Of a stretch of DNA of 64,000 nucleotides, positions 20,272 through 34,133 are shown piece after piece; position 1 is the stretch's first letter; each line of letters starts with the position of its first letter. Below the pieces are notes generated by a model. That model was not told the DNA's origin and did not search any database. It was given only the letters and a program-made list of their open reading frames with translations. Position numbers and translations under genes: made by a program. The stretch lies in the NCBI GenBank assembly GCA_963845755.1, contig CAWJTV010000020.1:1-64000 (forward strand), in the 5' to 3' direction. This DNA comes from an uncultured Planctomycetota bacterium. Its GTDB lineage: Bacteria > Planctomycetota > Planctomycetia > Isosphaerales > Isosphaeraceae.

Positions 20272-21219
20272 TCAAACCAGGTAAACGATTGTGAACAGGA
20301 TGATCCATACGAGGTCGACGAAGTGCCAGTACAACCCGGCCAACTCGACCGTCGAGTAATTCGTTGCCGAGTATGCGCCCCGCATCGAACCGATGAACAC
20401 GCACAGGAGCAGGATCACACCTCCGGTCACGTGCGCCCCGTGAAAGCCGGTCATGGTGTAGAAGCACGAGGCGAACAGGCTGACGCTCGGTCGAAAGTGA
20501 CCGGTCGCACTGACGCCGGGCGGGTAATGGTGGAACATCGATAGCTGGCAGTATTCGTAGACCTGGATGCCGAGGAAGCACGAACCGATGAGCACGGTCG
20601 CGAGGAGGAAGAACCTCCCCTTAAGCTGGTTGCCGCGCTGGAACCCGGAGAGGGCCAGGACCATCGTGACCGACGAACAGATCAGGACGAAGGTATTGAA
20701 GGCCGTGAGGTTGATGGCCAGCGGGTTGGTCAGATCGTCGTAGGGGACCGGCCATTTGTGCATCTTGAGTTGCTCGATTTCGACCTCGGCGCCCGCCGAG
20801 TGGAGCTGGGCCTTCAGCGTCTCGGCCTTCTCGTGAGTGAGATTGGGAACGATCGCGTGGCCCGAGTGCTCCACTTGCTCGACGATGCCCTTGATCGCCT
20901 CGGGGCTCAGGCCGGCGGTCGCCTGGATGGCGTGCTCCACGCCGGCTTCGCTCGAGCCCAGTGACTTGATGAGCACCCCCTCGGTCTTCTCCAGGCCCTT
21001 CAGGGACGTCGCCGGAGAATACAGGTTGCTATAGTAGTTGTGCGGGCTGCCGGCGCGGAGGACGATATACGACCCGATCAGCCCGGTGAAGAACATGACT
21101 TCCGTGGCGAGGAACAACCACATGGCGACCTTCCCCGGCGAGACGGGCGCCGCGAGATGCGCCGCGTGATCGTGGCCGGCGGGCGTCACGTGGGGTGAGC
21201 TGTGGGTGGCGATAGCCAT
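20272..21219 (-). CDS. ctaE: Cytochrome c oxidase subunit III with inserted domain
   Basis: MWLFLATEVMFF, NTFVLICSS, TGFHGAHV, LYWHFVDLVW. Confidence 0.93.
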   Translation of the reverse strand: MAIATHSSPHVTPAGHDHAAHLAAPVSPGKVAMWLFLATEVMFFTGLIGSYIVLRAGSPHNYYSNLYSPATSLKGLEKTEGVLIKSLGSSEAGVEHAIQATAGLSPEAIKGIVEQVEHSGHAIVPNLTHEKAETLKAQLHSAGAEVEIEQLKMHKWPVPYDDLTNPLAINLTAFNTFVLICSSVTMVLALSGFQRGNQLKGRFFLLATVLIGSCFLGIQVYEYCQLSMFHHYPPGVSATGHFRPSVSLFASCFYTMTGFHGAHVTGGVILLLCVFIGSMRGAYSATNYSTVELAGLYWHFVDLVWIILFTIVYLV

Positions 21220-21257
21220 CGTTATATCGGCCCTCCGTCGTTGGTCATGACCAAGGA

Positions 21258-22190
21258 CTAATGACTAATGGGGTTGAGCAGCAGCAGGAGCAAGATCGCG
21301 GGCAAGTAGACGAATGAGGTTCGGAGCAACCGGCGCGCCCTCAGGTCGCTCGCGTCGAGCCAGAACCGGACCGAGGCGCCCAAGTAGATCAGGCCGAGGA
21401 TCAGGGCACCTGCGAAGTAAGTGGCTCCGGCCAGTCCGACCGTTGCCGGCAGCAGACCGGCCGGTACCAAGGCCAGTGCATACGACACGGCCTGACAGCC
21501 GGTCATCCGGCCGTTGTCATCCCGGACGGTGAGCATTCGGAAGCCGGCGCGGCGGTAGTCGTCCCGGTAGATCCAGGCAATCGCCAGGAAGTGCGGGAAC
21601 TGCCAGAGGAACACGATGAGGAACAGGGACCAGGCCTCGATTCCCAGCCGGCCGGTCGCGGCCCCCCAGCCGATCATCGGCGGCAGGGCGCCGGGGACCG
21701 CGCCGATCACCGTGTTCAGCGAAGTCACGGGCTTGAGCGGGGTGTAGACGAAGACGTACAACAAGAACGTCACCAGCGCGACCGAGGCCGCCAACAGGTT
21801 GGTACCCAGCAGCAACAGCACGGTGCCCGCGACGCCGAGGAAGATGCCGAAGGAGATCGCTTCTCCGACGGTCAGTCTCCCGCTGGGCAAGGCCCGGCCG
21901 GCTGTCCGCCGCATCAATCCGTCCCGGGTTCGTTCCAGCCACTGATTCAGCGCACCGGCACCACCGGCCACCAGGGCCGTGCCCACGAGCGTCAGGGCCA
22001 GCGTCGCCGGGCGCGCCCCGCCGCGTGCACCCAGCAGGTAGCCCACGGCGACGGTCACCAGGACCATCAGCACCAGGCGCGGCTTGGTCAGCGAGAGGTA
22101 CGCGACCAGGCGGCTTCCGACCGCGGACAAAAGGCCGTCTGACTCGGTCACGGCCAGCAGGGGTTGATCGAGCGATGCCAGCGTTTTCAA
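21258..22190 (-). CDS. ctaB: Heme o synthase (protoheme IX farnesyltransferase)
   Basis: LTKPRL, NQWLER..D..M.RT..R.LPSG, YTPLK, WQFPHF. Confidence 0.95.
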   Translation of the reverse strand: MKTLASLDQPLLAVTESDGLLSAVGSRLVAYLSLTKPRLVLMVLVTVAVGYLLGARGGARPATLALTLVGTALVAGGAGALNQWLERTRDGLMRRTAGRALPSGRLTVGEAISFGIFLGVAGTVLLLLGTNLLAASVALVTFLLYVFVYTPLKPVTSLNTVIGAVPGALPPMIGWGAATGRLGIEAWSLFLIVFLWQFPHFLAIAWIYRDDYRRAGFRMLTVRDDNGRMTGCQAVSYALALVPAGLLPATVGLAGATYFAGALILGLIYLGASVRFWLDASDLRARRLLRTSFVYLPAILLLLLLNPISH

Positions 22191-23167
22191 GCGACGGCCT
22201 CCCAGTCCAGCGCGGCCGCTTCAGGCCGGCCCACTGGCCTTTCTCCGGTCTGCCCGTCGACGACTCGCGTCGCCCCGGCCAGATGACGATAAGCGCGTAA
22301 AGTCAGCACGATCGCCGCGGCGAACACCAGCGCGGCGTTCGTCTGATGAGCGGTCCGGACGACGGCCTGGTAAGAGGTCACCGGTCGAAGATTGCCGCCC
22401 ATCGGCAACACGAAGGCGAGTGCGGCCAACCCCAGCAGGATCTGGACGGTCAACGTCAGGCCCAGCACCCGGGACGAAACCAGGAGCGGTGCGAGCTCCG
22501 TGCGCCGGCGTTCGATCCGGTAGGTGAGGACGACCGCATGAAGCCAGACGGCCACTGCGAAGATCGCATGGGCCCACAGGGCCGTGGGTGACCCGAAGTG
22601 GCGCAGCCAGCCTCCCAGCCCGATCTGCATGTAGACCAGGCCCAGGACGACGGCCGATCTCCGGCGCAGGTGATCCGGATCGACCGCCGGTTCCGCGCCT
22701 CGGTTCCAGTCGCGGCCGGTCAGGACACACAGCACGACCATTAGCCCGAAGAATGCCTGACCGGTCGCCCCGTGCACGGCGGCCAGGACGGTCGAATGAT
22801 GCGTCACCCGGATCCCGCCCAGCACGCCCTGGAGGATGACCGCCGCCAGGGCAAATACACCGAGGCCTTTCAACCATCGCCGGCGCTCGAACGCCAGGAA
22901 GCTGCCCGTCAGGACGATCGTGGCCAGTCCCACCGCCGCACCGTACAGCCGATGCGCGTGCTCCAGACGGACGCCGAAGGGGGCTTCCCAGAAGTTATAC
23001 AGGAACATGTTCTCGTCGAACGTGGTCGGCCAGTCGGGCACGGCCAGGCCGACACGATACGTCGTCACCGAGCCGCCCACGTAGAGCAGCGGCAGGGTGA
23101 ACACCGCCGCGAAGACCGCGACCGCGTGCACTATCCAGCTCCAGCGATAGCCTTCGGGCGATTTCAT
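22187..23167 (-). CDS. ctaA: Heme A synthase (COX15/CtaA)
   Basis: GLAVPDWPT, EHAHRL, QGVLGG..V, conserved His residues. Confidence 0.9.
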   Translation of the reverse strand: MKSPEGYRWSWIVHAVAVFAAVFTLPLLYVGGSVTTYRVGLAVPDWPTTFDENMFLYNFWEAPFGVRLEHAHRLYGAAVGLATIVLTGSFLAFERRRWLKGLGVFALAAVILQGVLGGIRVTHHSTVLAAVHGATGQAFFGLMVVLCVLTGRDWNRGAEPAVDPDHLRRRSAVVLGLVYMQIGLGGWLRHFGSPTALWAHAIFAVAVWLHAVVLTYRIERRRTELAPLLVSSRVLGLTLTVQILLGLAALAFVLPMGGNLRPVTSYQAVVRTAHQTNAALVFAAAIVLTLRAYRHLAGATRVVDGQTGERPVGRPEAAALDWEAVA

Positions 23168-23197
23168 TCGCTCAAGATGCTTTCGTCGTGGCTCGTC

Positions 23198-23270
23198 GTA
23201 GGGTGCTCTGTGAGCACCAGAACCGGATCTCTCCGTCACCTCACCACCTGGTGCTCACAGAGCACCCTAC
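23198..23270. repeat. GTAG-type REP doublet
   Basis: Perfect 23-bp IR GTAGGGTGCTCTGTGAGCACCAG (23198-23220 / 23248-23270). Confidence 0.85.
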
Positions 23271-23284
23271 TTGCCGCTCGCGAA

Positions 23285-25160
<1,876 letters not shown>

Positions 25161-25165
25161 CCGAA

Positions 25166-25990
25166 TCACCTCCCCTCGGTACCAGTCGCCATGGTGAGCT
25201 GACTGCGATCCTGCTCCGCCAGCTTCTCATCGATCCACTGCTGGAGATCGGCTTCCGTCTCGTGGACGGTCACCCGGCCGCGCATCTTGTAATGACCCCA
25301 GCCGCACAGCTCGGCGCAGGCCAGGTCATATTCCCCGGAGACCCTGCAATCGAACCAGACCGGGATCGTGATGCCGGGAACGGCGTCCTGCTTGATTCGC
25401 ATCTGCGGCAAGAAGAACGAATGGAGGACATCCGACGATTTCAGATAGATCAACGCCATCTTCTCCTTGACGAAATGGAGGTCGTTGACCACGACCAGGT
25501 CGTCGCGAGTGTTGAGCCGGCCGTCCGGTCCGGGATAGCGCATCACCCACTGGAACTGCCGGGCGGTGATCTCCGCCAGGGCCGGGACCTTGGGCGCCGA
25601 GGTGCGGAACTTGATCTCGGCCCACGTCCCCATCTGGTAGAGCGCGATGAACACCAGGATGGCGGCGGGGATGATCGTCCAGATCACCTCGAGGCGCTGG
25701 CTGCCGTGGAAATAGGTGGCCTTGCGGACCGGCCGGCCCTGGGCATCTCGCACGTCGACGAACCGGTACGCCGCGATCACGAAGACGATCTGCGTGCCGA
25801 TGTAGACGATTCCCGTGATCCACAGGATGATCACGAAGAGGCTGTCGATCTCTTTCCCGAACGTCGAGACCACAAGGCCATTGGCGCTGGGGTTGTTGGG
25901 CAGCCACCAGTCCGGTGCGAAGGGTGCGTAGACGAACGCCGCCACGGAGGCCACGGCTGCCAGGGCAAAGAGGATGCTCCAATATCGCAT
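25166..25990 (-). CDS. ctaC: Cytochrome c oxidase subunit II
   Basis: LEVIWT, DVLHSF, CAELCGWGHYKM CuA site. Confidence 0.95.
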   Translation of the reverse strand: MRYWSILFALAAVASVAAFVYAPFAPDWWLPNNPSANGLVVSTFGKEIDSLFVIILWITGIVYIGTQIVFVIAAYRFVDVRDAQGRPVRKATYFHGSQRLEVIWTIIPAAILVFIALYQMGTWAEIKFRTSAPKVPALAEITARQFQWVMRYPGPDGRLNTRDDLVVVNDLHFVKEKMALIYLKSSDVLHSFFLPQMRIKQDAVPGITIPVWFDCRVSGEYDLACAELCGWGHYKMRGRVTVHETEADLQQWIDEKLAEQDRSQLTMATGTEGR

Positions 25991-26110
25991 GTCCGTTGTC
26001 CGTTGTTAATTGTCCGTGGATTAGTTGCTCGTGCTACCCATCGCCAAGCCGCTCCGACGTGTCCTCGGGCAGGGACATTGCGGACCGACGGACGAGAGGA
26101 CCCCTGAGCC

Positions 26111-27400
26111 CTACTTGACGTTAGCCACCGCAGTGCCCGGCGTGGCCGCGGGTAGGGGCGGCGCGTTCCTGAGTAGGTCGGGCTCATATGGCAGGGCCAG
26201 TACGAAGTTGACGACATCCCACGTTTGCTGGTCATTGAACGGCGAGGGATAATGGGCCGGCATCTGGGCGCCGTTGATCCCCTTGGCGATGCGCCAGTAG
26301 AGGTCGATCGGCCGGCGGCCGCCCTTGTAGATGCCGCGATTCAGGTTCGCCGGGCGGAGCGGGTTGCCCCAGTCGTCGGGCTTCTGGTCCCAGAGGGTCT
26401 TGGTCTTCTCGTCGAGTGCGGCGACCCGCGCCGGCCGTTCGCTGGGATTGCCGCCGAAGACGACCTCGTTGAAGATACCCTGGTTGACGAAGCTCTCGCC
26501 GTCGCCCATGGCCAGCCGGCCGTGGCAGTCCTTGCAGTCGAACTGGAGGAACAGGTCGCGGCCGCGGAGGATGCTCTCGTGGGTCGGCGGCGTGCGGGCG
26601 ATCGGGGGATTGACGACCTGAGTCTGTGCCATCTTCCACTGGTTGAAGACCCCGTTGGCGACTTCCTTGGCGATCTCGTCGGTGAATTCCTCGGGTTTCT
26701 TCTCGTCGTAGGTGTTCGCTTCCACGATCAGCAAGAGCTCGGTCTCGCCCCGCATGCTGAGGAAGATCACGTAATCGATGACCTGCTCGATCTCCGCCTC
26801 GGTGAGGAGGGACTCGAAGGCCGGCATCGAGGTCCCGTGCAGGCCATTCGTGATCGTCCGTCGAAGGTCGTCGCGATGGGGGCGTTTGCCGCTGGGGGTC
26901 GAGGTGAACTTGAAGATTCCCCTGCGATAATCGCGCGGGGTGGGGTAGAGAAACGGCGCCGTGGGGCCGTCGCCGGCGCCCGAGACCCCGTGGCAATGCA
27001 CGCAGTTCCGCCGATAGAGCGCATAGCCGCCTTCCTGCGGCTTGAGGTTGGGATCGGCCTTGCTTTCGCCCTGGTAGATCCGCTTCCTGACGGCGTTCTC
27101 CCCCTCGCCCTGCTGGAGATAGTTGGCGAGATAGACCCCGCCAAAGGGCAACCCGGAGCCCTCGGGAACGCGGATCCGCTGGGGGGACGGGCCGAAGAGT
27201 TGCGCGAGGTTCTTGCGGACTCGGTTCTGGAGGTTGGGCTTGCCGGCGAGATTCGGCATCTTGGGACCGAGGTCCTTGGTCAGCACCTCGCTCTCTTCGT
27301 ATTCAATAGGGCCGGCATTGAGCGCGTCCGAACAGCCGGCGGTCGCGACGGCAAGCCCCAGGCAACTCACGAACAATGCGAGACGACATCGTGATTCCAC
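26111..27400 (-). CDS. Diheme cytochrome c lipoprotein
   Basis: Lipobox ATAGC; CVHCH and CKDCH, each followed by a distal MPA motif. Confidence 0.88.
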   Translation of the reverse strand: MESRCRLALFVSCLGLAVATAGCSDALNAGPIEYEESEVLTKDLGPKMPNLAGKPNLQNRVRKNLAQLFGPSPQRIRVPEGSGLPFGGVYLANYLQQGEGENAVRKRIYQGESKADPNLKPQEGGYALYRRNCVHCHGVSGAGDGPTAPFLYPTPRDYRRGIFKFTSTPSGKRPHRDDLRRTITNGLHGTSMPAFESLLTEAEIEQVIDYVIFLSMRGETELLLIVEANTYDEKKPEEFTDEIAKEVANGVFNQWKMAQTQVVNPPIARTPPTHESILRGRDLFLQFDCKDCHGRLAMGDGESFVNQGIFNEVVFGGNPSERPARVAALDEKTKTLWDQKPDDWGNPLRPANLNRGIYKGGRRPIDLYWRIAKGINGAQMPAHYPSPFNDQQTWDVVNFVLALPYEPDLLRNAPPLPAATPGTAVANVK

Positions 27401-27805
27401 GCGTCGATCCTCCCAACATCGAATGACCATCAAACGACGCAGCACCCGTGTCCCAACCACGGATGGAGACGCCGATCGGGCTGCGTCGGGATCCTTGGCA
27501 GGAATTCGACGACCCGGTCGAGCACGCCCACGACCCATGATACGCGCCGATTAGGCAGGCGGACGACGATGGCGCCGAAAAGCGTCGCCATTCTGAAAGC
27601 GAACCCCCACGTCCGTCAAGGTGCTGGGGATCCTGATTTAGGGATTATGGTAGCCTTCCCCATCGAGCGCTACAAGGCGCCGACCGATTTCGTATTTTTC
27701 GGCCGCGACAAAAACGATAATAATAATGAAATCCTCGTACTCCGGGCACTCGGGCGACGAGGGCCGACGCCGCTCGGGGGGTTCCTGAGAAAGACGGTGG
27801 CCTCC

Positions 27806-28639
27806 ATGGTTCCGCGACTCTTTCCGCGACCCACGACCCGACTGCGCCGCGGCAGGCGGGGTGCGTCCGCGCAGACGCCAACCGGGCCGCAGGAGTGGCT
27901 GCGGGAGCATCGGCCGGCCTCGTACTGGGTGGCGACCCGGCGGCCGTTTCCCTCGCTGCTGTTCGTGGCACCGCTGGCGATCTTCTACGAAGCCGCCATC
28001 TTCGGACTGGGTGGCGCGGGCAGCGTGAGGGCCGGGGCCGACGCCTGGATGTGTCGGATGCTGGCCTCGGCAGGTCTCAATCACCCGTGGTTCCTCCCGC
28101 TATTGCTAGTCGTCATCCTGATGGGGTGGCAGGTCGGGACCTCGCAGGACTGGCGGTTCTCGCCGTCGATCCTGGGGGGCATGATCGTGGAGAGCCTGAC
28201 CTGGGCCATCGCCCTGTTGGGCATCGGTCGGCTCCTCGACCTCGGCTTCTCCTATCTGGAGCAAGGCCGCTTGCCGAGCCTGGCGATCGATGCGGCGACG
28301 ACACCGCACGTCGCGTTCACAGCCCTGGTCGGCTACATCGGGGCGGGCGTTTACGAGGAAACCCTGTTTCGCCTGATGCTGATCCCCGCGTTCTTCGGGA
28401 TCCTCCGGCTGCTCCAGATGCCCCAGGTCCTCTCCAGCAGTTGGGCGGTGACCGCCTCCGCGCTGCTCTTTGCCCTGGCCCACCACGCGGGGAGTCCTGG
28501 TGAGGCGTTCACCTGGTATGCCTTCGTGTTTCGATGGATGGCCGGCGTCTTCTTCGCCTGGGTCTTCATCATCCGCGGATTCGGGATCGCCGTCGGCACG
28601 CACACGGCGTACGATATCCTGGTCGGTTGGATTGGATGA
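27806..28639 (+). CDS. CPBP-family intramembrane glutamic endopeptidase
   Basis: YEETLFR, FALAHH, HTAYD. Confidence 0.88.
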   Translation: MVPRLFPRPTTRLRRGRRGASAQTPTGPQEWLREHRPASYWVATRRPFPSLLFVAPLAIFYEAAIFGLGGAGSVRAGADAWMCRMLASAGLNHPWFLPLLLVVILMGWQVGTSQDWRFSPSILGGMIVESLTWAIALLGIGRLLDLGFSYLEQGRLPSLAIDAATTPHVAFTALVGYIGAGVYEETLFRLMLIPAFFGILRLLQMPQVLSSSWAVTASALLFALAHHAGSPGEAFTWYAFVFRWMAGVFFAWVFIIRGFGIAVGTHTAYDILVGWIG

Positions 28640-28695
28640 CAGTTTTCGGTGTTCAGCAACCGCCGACCTGAACCCGTCTCAACTGGCCACTGACT

Positions 28696-29580
28696 GTGCG
28701 CATCGTTCACGTTTCGGACATCCATTTCTGGCGGTATGCCTTCAATCCGTTGCGGCTGATGAGCAAGCGGATGCTGGGCATGACCGCGCTGCTGGCGGGA
28801 CGTGCGAGGCGGTTCCACCTGGGGGGAGTCTCCCGGCTGGTCGATCGTGTCCGCCAGGTCGAGCCGGATCACATCCTGATCACTGGCGATCTGACGACGA
28901 CGGCCTTGCCGGAGGAATTCCGGTCGGCGCGGCGGGCGTTGGCGGACTGGCTGGGCGACGCGTCTCGGGTGACGGTCGTGCCGGGTAACCATGACCGGTA
29001 TACCTGGTGGGCACATCGGAGCCGCCGATACGAGAAGTACTTCGGGGAATTCGCGCCGCGTGCCGACTTCCCCTGGCTGCGCCCGCTCGACCCCGACACA
29101 GCGATCCTGGGGCTGGACCCGACCCGGGCCGGCATCTCGGCGAGCGGCAAGCTCCCGTCGCGGCAATGGGTCGAGGCACAGCGGCTCGTCGCGGACCCGC
29201 GCAGCCGGCCGGCTCGGCTGGTGATCGCCTGCCATTATCCGGTCGCCGTGCCACACGGGTTCGAACGTGCGCTGGCCCGAAAACCGATGGTCAACGCCGA
29301 GGACGTCCGGTGCGGGCTACGCGGCCTCGGTCCACACCTCTTCTGCTGCGGGCACATCCATGCAGCCTGGGCGTTCCGGACGCGCGAGGTGCCCAACCAG
29401 CTCTGCATCAATCCCGGTCCGCCGTTACTCCCGGGCCGCTTCGGGCACAATCATCCCGGCTTCATGGAGATCCAGCTCGACGAGGCTGGGGTCGCGGTGG
29501 ATCATCACTCCTGGACCGGTGAATCCTGGAAAGTCGACCGCCTCTGTCACGAACATGAGTTTTTCAACGGCCGGCCGTAG
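28696..29580 (+). CDS. Metallophosphoesterase
   Basis: SDIH, TGD, GNHD, CGHIH. Confidence 0.9.
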   Translation: MRIVHVSDIHFWRYAFNPLRLMSKRMLGMTALLAGRARRFHLGGVSRLVDRVRQVEPDHILITGDLTTTALPEEFRSARRALADWLGDASRVTVVPGNHDRYTWWAHRSRRYEKYFGEFAPRADFPWLRPLDPDTAILGLDPTRAGISASGKLPSRQWVEAQRLVADPRSRPARLVIACHYPVAVPHGFERALARKPMVNAEDVRCGLRGLGPHLFCCGHIHAAWAFRTREVPNQLCINPGPPLLPGRFGHNHPGFMEIQLDEAGVAVDHHSWTGESWKVDRLCHEHEFFNGRP

Positions 29581-29632
29581 GGGGTTGACGTCGATCAGTA
29601 CGGGTTCGCCGCGGGTTTGCCGACAGGACTGG

Positions 29633-30085
29633 CTACGGCCGACGCGCGTGGCGTGCCACGCGAATCATGCCGCGGGCACGGTCGACGGCCCGCTGATGGT
29701 CGGCAAACTCCAGGTCGGTGACGGCGCGCTCCGACTCGACACGCTCGAGCTCCTTGGCGGCCGCCGCCGCATCGAGCTGCTCGACCGGGATGGCGCGGTG
29801 GGTCAGGACCGTGACGACGTCGTCACGAACCTGGACGAACCCACCGTCCACGAAGTAACGCTGTACCGCCGCGCCGGACTTGGTCCGGAGCTCGCCGTAG
29901 CCCAGCCGAGCGATCAGCGGCGTGTGGCCCGGCAAGACGCCGAGCTCGCCGTCATATACGGGGAGCACGATCGAATCCGCCAGCTCGTCGAGCCAGGTCT
30001 TCTCCGGAGTGACCACCACGCACTGGAGCCTCTTCTCGCCCGGCTTTAACCCCTTTTCCTCGCCCACCGTCTCGTGAACTGCCAT
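29633..30085 (-). CDS. atpC: ATP synthase F1 epsilon
   Basis: VVTPE, GELGVLPGHTPL, VDGGFVQV. Confidence 0.93.
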   Translation of the reverse strand: MAVHETVGEEKGLKPGEKRLQCVVVTPEKTWLDELADSIVLPVYDGELGVLPGHTPLIARLGYGELRTKSGAAVQRYFVDGGFVQVRDDVVTVLTHRAIPVEQLDAAAAAKELERVESERAVTDLEFADHQRAVDRARGMIRVARHARRP

Positions 30086-30117
30086 TGGTCCCTGGTCCTT
30101 TGGTCCTCAAGACATTG

Positions 30118-30213
30118 TCCGAGAATGGCGTTCGGACTTTGTAGGGTGGGTGAAACCCCACCGGGATCGGGCCACTTCTCGGTGGGATTCACCCACGCTA
30201 CGGGATTCTCGGA
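30118..30213. repeat. GTAG-type REP doublet
   Basis: GTAGGGTGGGTGAAACCCCACC ... GGTGGGATTCACCCACGCTAC. Confidence 0.8.
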
Positions 30214-30230
30214 TGGTCGCTCAGAACCAA

Positions 30231-31805
<1,575 letters not shown>

Positions 31806-32022
31806 ATGGATTCAAGACCCCACACAGCCTACAAGCCGTCGCGGTGGAAGTAAAGCCGATGCTTACTTCCGACCCCGTTCGGGCGGCGCGGGAACGGTTC
31901 GATACGGGTCGGCTAGAGCTGCTGCAACCTCCTCGCAAGCCGATTATATTGAAGGCAGTTACGCTGGTCCCGGATCGCTCCGGCCTCCCTGCCACGGCGG
32001 GCATTTGTGAACGAGAGCCACC

Positions 32023-33567
32023 ATGTTGACCCGGTTGAAGGTCTCTGGATTCAAAAATCTCGTTGACGTGGATGTTCGATTCGGCCCTTTCACCTGCATC
32101 GCCGGCGCGAACGGAGTGGGAAAGTCGAACCTCTTCGATGCCATTGGATTCTTGAGCGCACTGGCCGAGTTGCCGCTGATGGAGGCGGCGAAATCGATCC
32201 GCGATGGTCGAACGGCTGATGTCGCCAATCTCTTTCATCGCGTCGGCGGACGCCACGACGAGACCATGTCGTTCATGGTGGAAATGATCATCCCGAAATC
32301 AGGGGCTGACGACCTCGGCCAAGAGGCCCAGGCCACCATTACCTTCTTGCGCTATTCCCTCGAACTGGCTCACCGGAAAACGGAGGGAAGTGTCTCCTCC
32401 GGTGGGCTCGAACTTCGCAGGGAAGAGCTCGAGCACATTAAGATCACTGACGCCAGTCAGCACTTGCTGTTTCCGTCCTCGAAGGAATGGCGTCAATCCG
32501 CCCTCCAAGGGCGTCGAACCGTACCATTTATCTCGACTTCTCCCGGAGAACCTGCGATTATCCAGTTGCACCAGGATCGCGGAGGAAGTGGTGGCGGTCG
32601 GCCCGCTCCGTTCCTTGCCTCGACGCTTCCCCGTACGGTCCTCTCATCGGTGAACGCTGGGGAAACCCGCACGGCCGTGCTCGCGCGTCGAGAAATGCAA
32701 TCGTGGCGTCGGTTGCAGCTGGAACCTGCCGCGCTCCGCGAACCCGACACATTTGCGACCCCTGCCAGGCTCGGGAACGATGGCTCGCATCTCGCGGCCA
32801 CACTTTTCCATCTCGCCCACGGAGGCACAGGGACTTGGGTTCGAGCTTCAGAACACCCTCCCGAACCAGACCCCTCGACGATTTACACTCGGGTCGCCAA
32901 TCGCCTCACGGACCTCATCGACGATGTCCGCGATGTGGGCGTCGCAGTCGATCCGCAACGTGAGCTCTGGACCCTCTTCGCAAGTGGAAAAGATGGCACC
33001 AATCATTCCGCCCGGGCACTGTCGGACGGGACGCTCCGCTTCCTCGCCCTGGCGGTCCTGGAGCTCGACCCCGTCGCCCAGGGAGTTCTCTGTCTGGAAG
33101 AGCCTGAGAACGGCATCCATCCAGAACGCATCCCTGCGATGCTCAGGCTTCTTAAAGAGATCGCCACCTCTACCGACGACCCGATCGGATCGGACAACCC
33201 ACTTCGGCAGGTCATCATCAATACCCACTCGCCGGCGGTCGTCAGAGAAGTTGACGATGATTCCCTGCTTTTCGCCCGGCTCCGCGAGGTTGTAAGAGAC
33301 GGCCAACGATTCCAGAGCGTCCATTTCGCCTGTCTGTCCGATACATGGCGAGCGACTGGAAATGAACCCGCCGAGGAGATCAGCAAGGGTGACATCCTTG
33401 CCTATCTGAGCGGTCCCCGCCCTGCCAGCGATCTGGATTCCGAGGCTGACAAGTCACCCTCACCAAACGGCCACTCGAGACCGGTGAAAACGCTTCGAAA
33501 ACGCCGCCGCGTGTCCGATCGCGCCGATTTACAACGCCTTCTTCATTTTGGTGATGATCCAGAATGA
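32023..33567 (+). CDS. ABC/SMC-like ATPase (AAA_21 type)
   Basis: GANGVGKSN, LSDGTLRFL, LEEPENGIHP, NTHSP. Confidence 0.92.
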   Translation: MLTRLKVSGFKNLVDVDVRFGPFTCIAGANGVGKSNLFDAIGFLSALAELPLMEAAKSIRDGRTADVANLFHRVGGRHDETMSFMVEMIIPKSGADDLGQEAQATITFLRYSLELAHRKTEGSVSSGGLELRREELEHIKITDASQHLLFPSSKEWRQSALQGRRTVPFISTSPGEPAIIQLHQDRGGSGGGRPAPFLASTLPRTVLSSVNAGETRTAVLARREMQSWRRLQLEPAALREPDTFATPARLGNDGSHLAATLFHLAHGGTGTWVRASEHPPEPDPSTIYTRVANRLTDLIDDVRDVGVAVDPQRELWTLFASGKDGTNHSARALSDGTLRFLALAVLELDPVAQGVLCLEEPENGIHPERIPAMLRLLKEIATSTDDPIGSDNPLRQVIINTHSPAVVREVDDDSLLFARLREVVRDGQRFQSVHFACLSDTWRATGNEPAEEISKGDILAYLSGPRPASDLDSEADKSPSPNGHSRPVKTLRKRRRVSDRADLQRLLHFGDDPE

Positions 33568-34133
33568 AGTCACTTCGGTTCACTCTGGTGACCGACGGGG
33601 CATCCGATGGCGAGATGTTGATCCCCATCCTCGAGTGGCTGCTCCGAACGCATTGCGGAAGCTTCGGTATCAACGTGGTCCACGCCGATCTCTTGCGGTG
33701 CCGTGAGGTTCCCAGAGGACTCAAGAAAAAGATCGAGTTCGCGCTCGAAGCCTATCCTTGCGATTCTCTGTTCGTCCATCGCGATGCGGAGAGAGACTCA
33801 CCCGAATTGCGCCGGCAGGAAATCCAGAAGGCCGTCGAAAGCGTTGGTGCCAAGATGTGCGTTCCTCATGTCTGCGTCGTACCGGTTCGAATGACAGAAG
33901 CCTGGCTGCTCTTTGATAAGGCCGCGATTCGACGTGCCTCGGGCAACCCCAACGGAAAGGTCCAACTGACTCTTCCGCCCCTCTCGAGCCTCGAAGACAA
34001 GCCCGACCCGAAGCAATTGCTTCACGAGCTATTGACCACCGCGAGCGAATTGTCTGGGCGTCGTCGGAAATCGTTCGATGCTAGGAGCCGAGTCCGCCTC
34101 ATTGCCCGATCGCTCGACGATTTCTCCCCCTTA

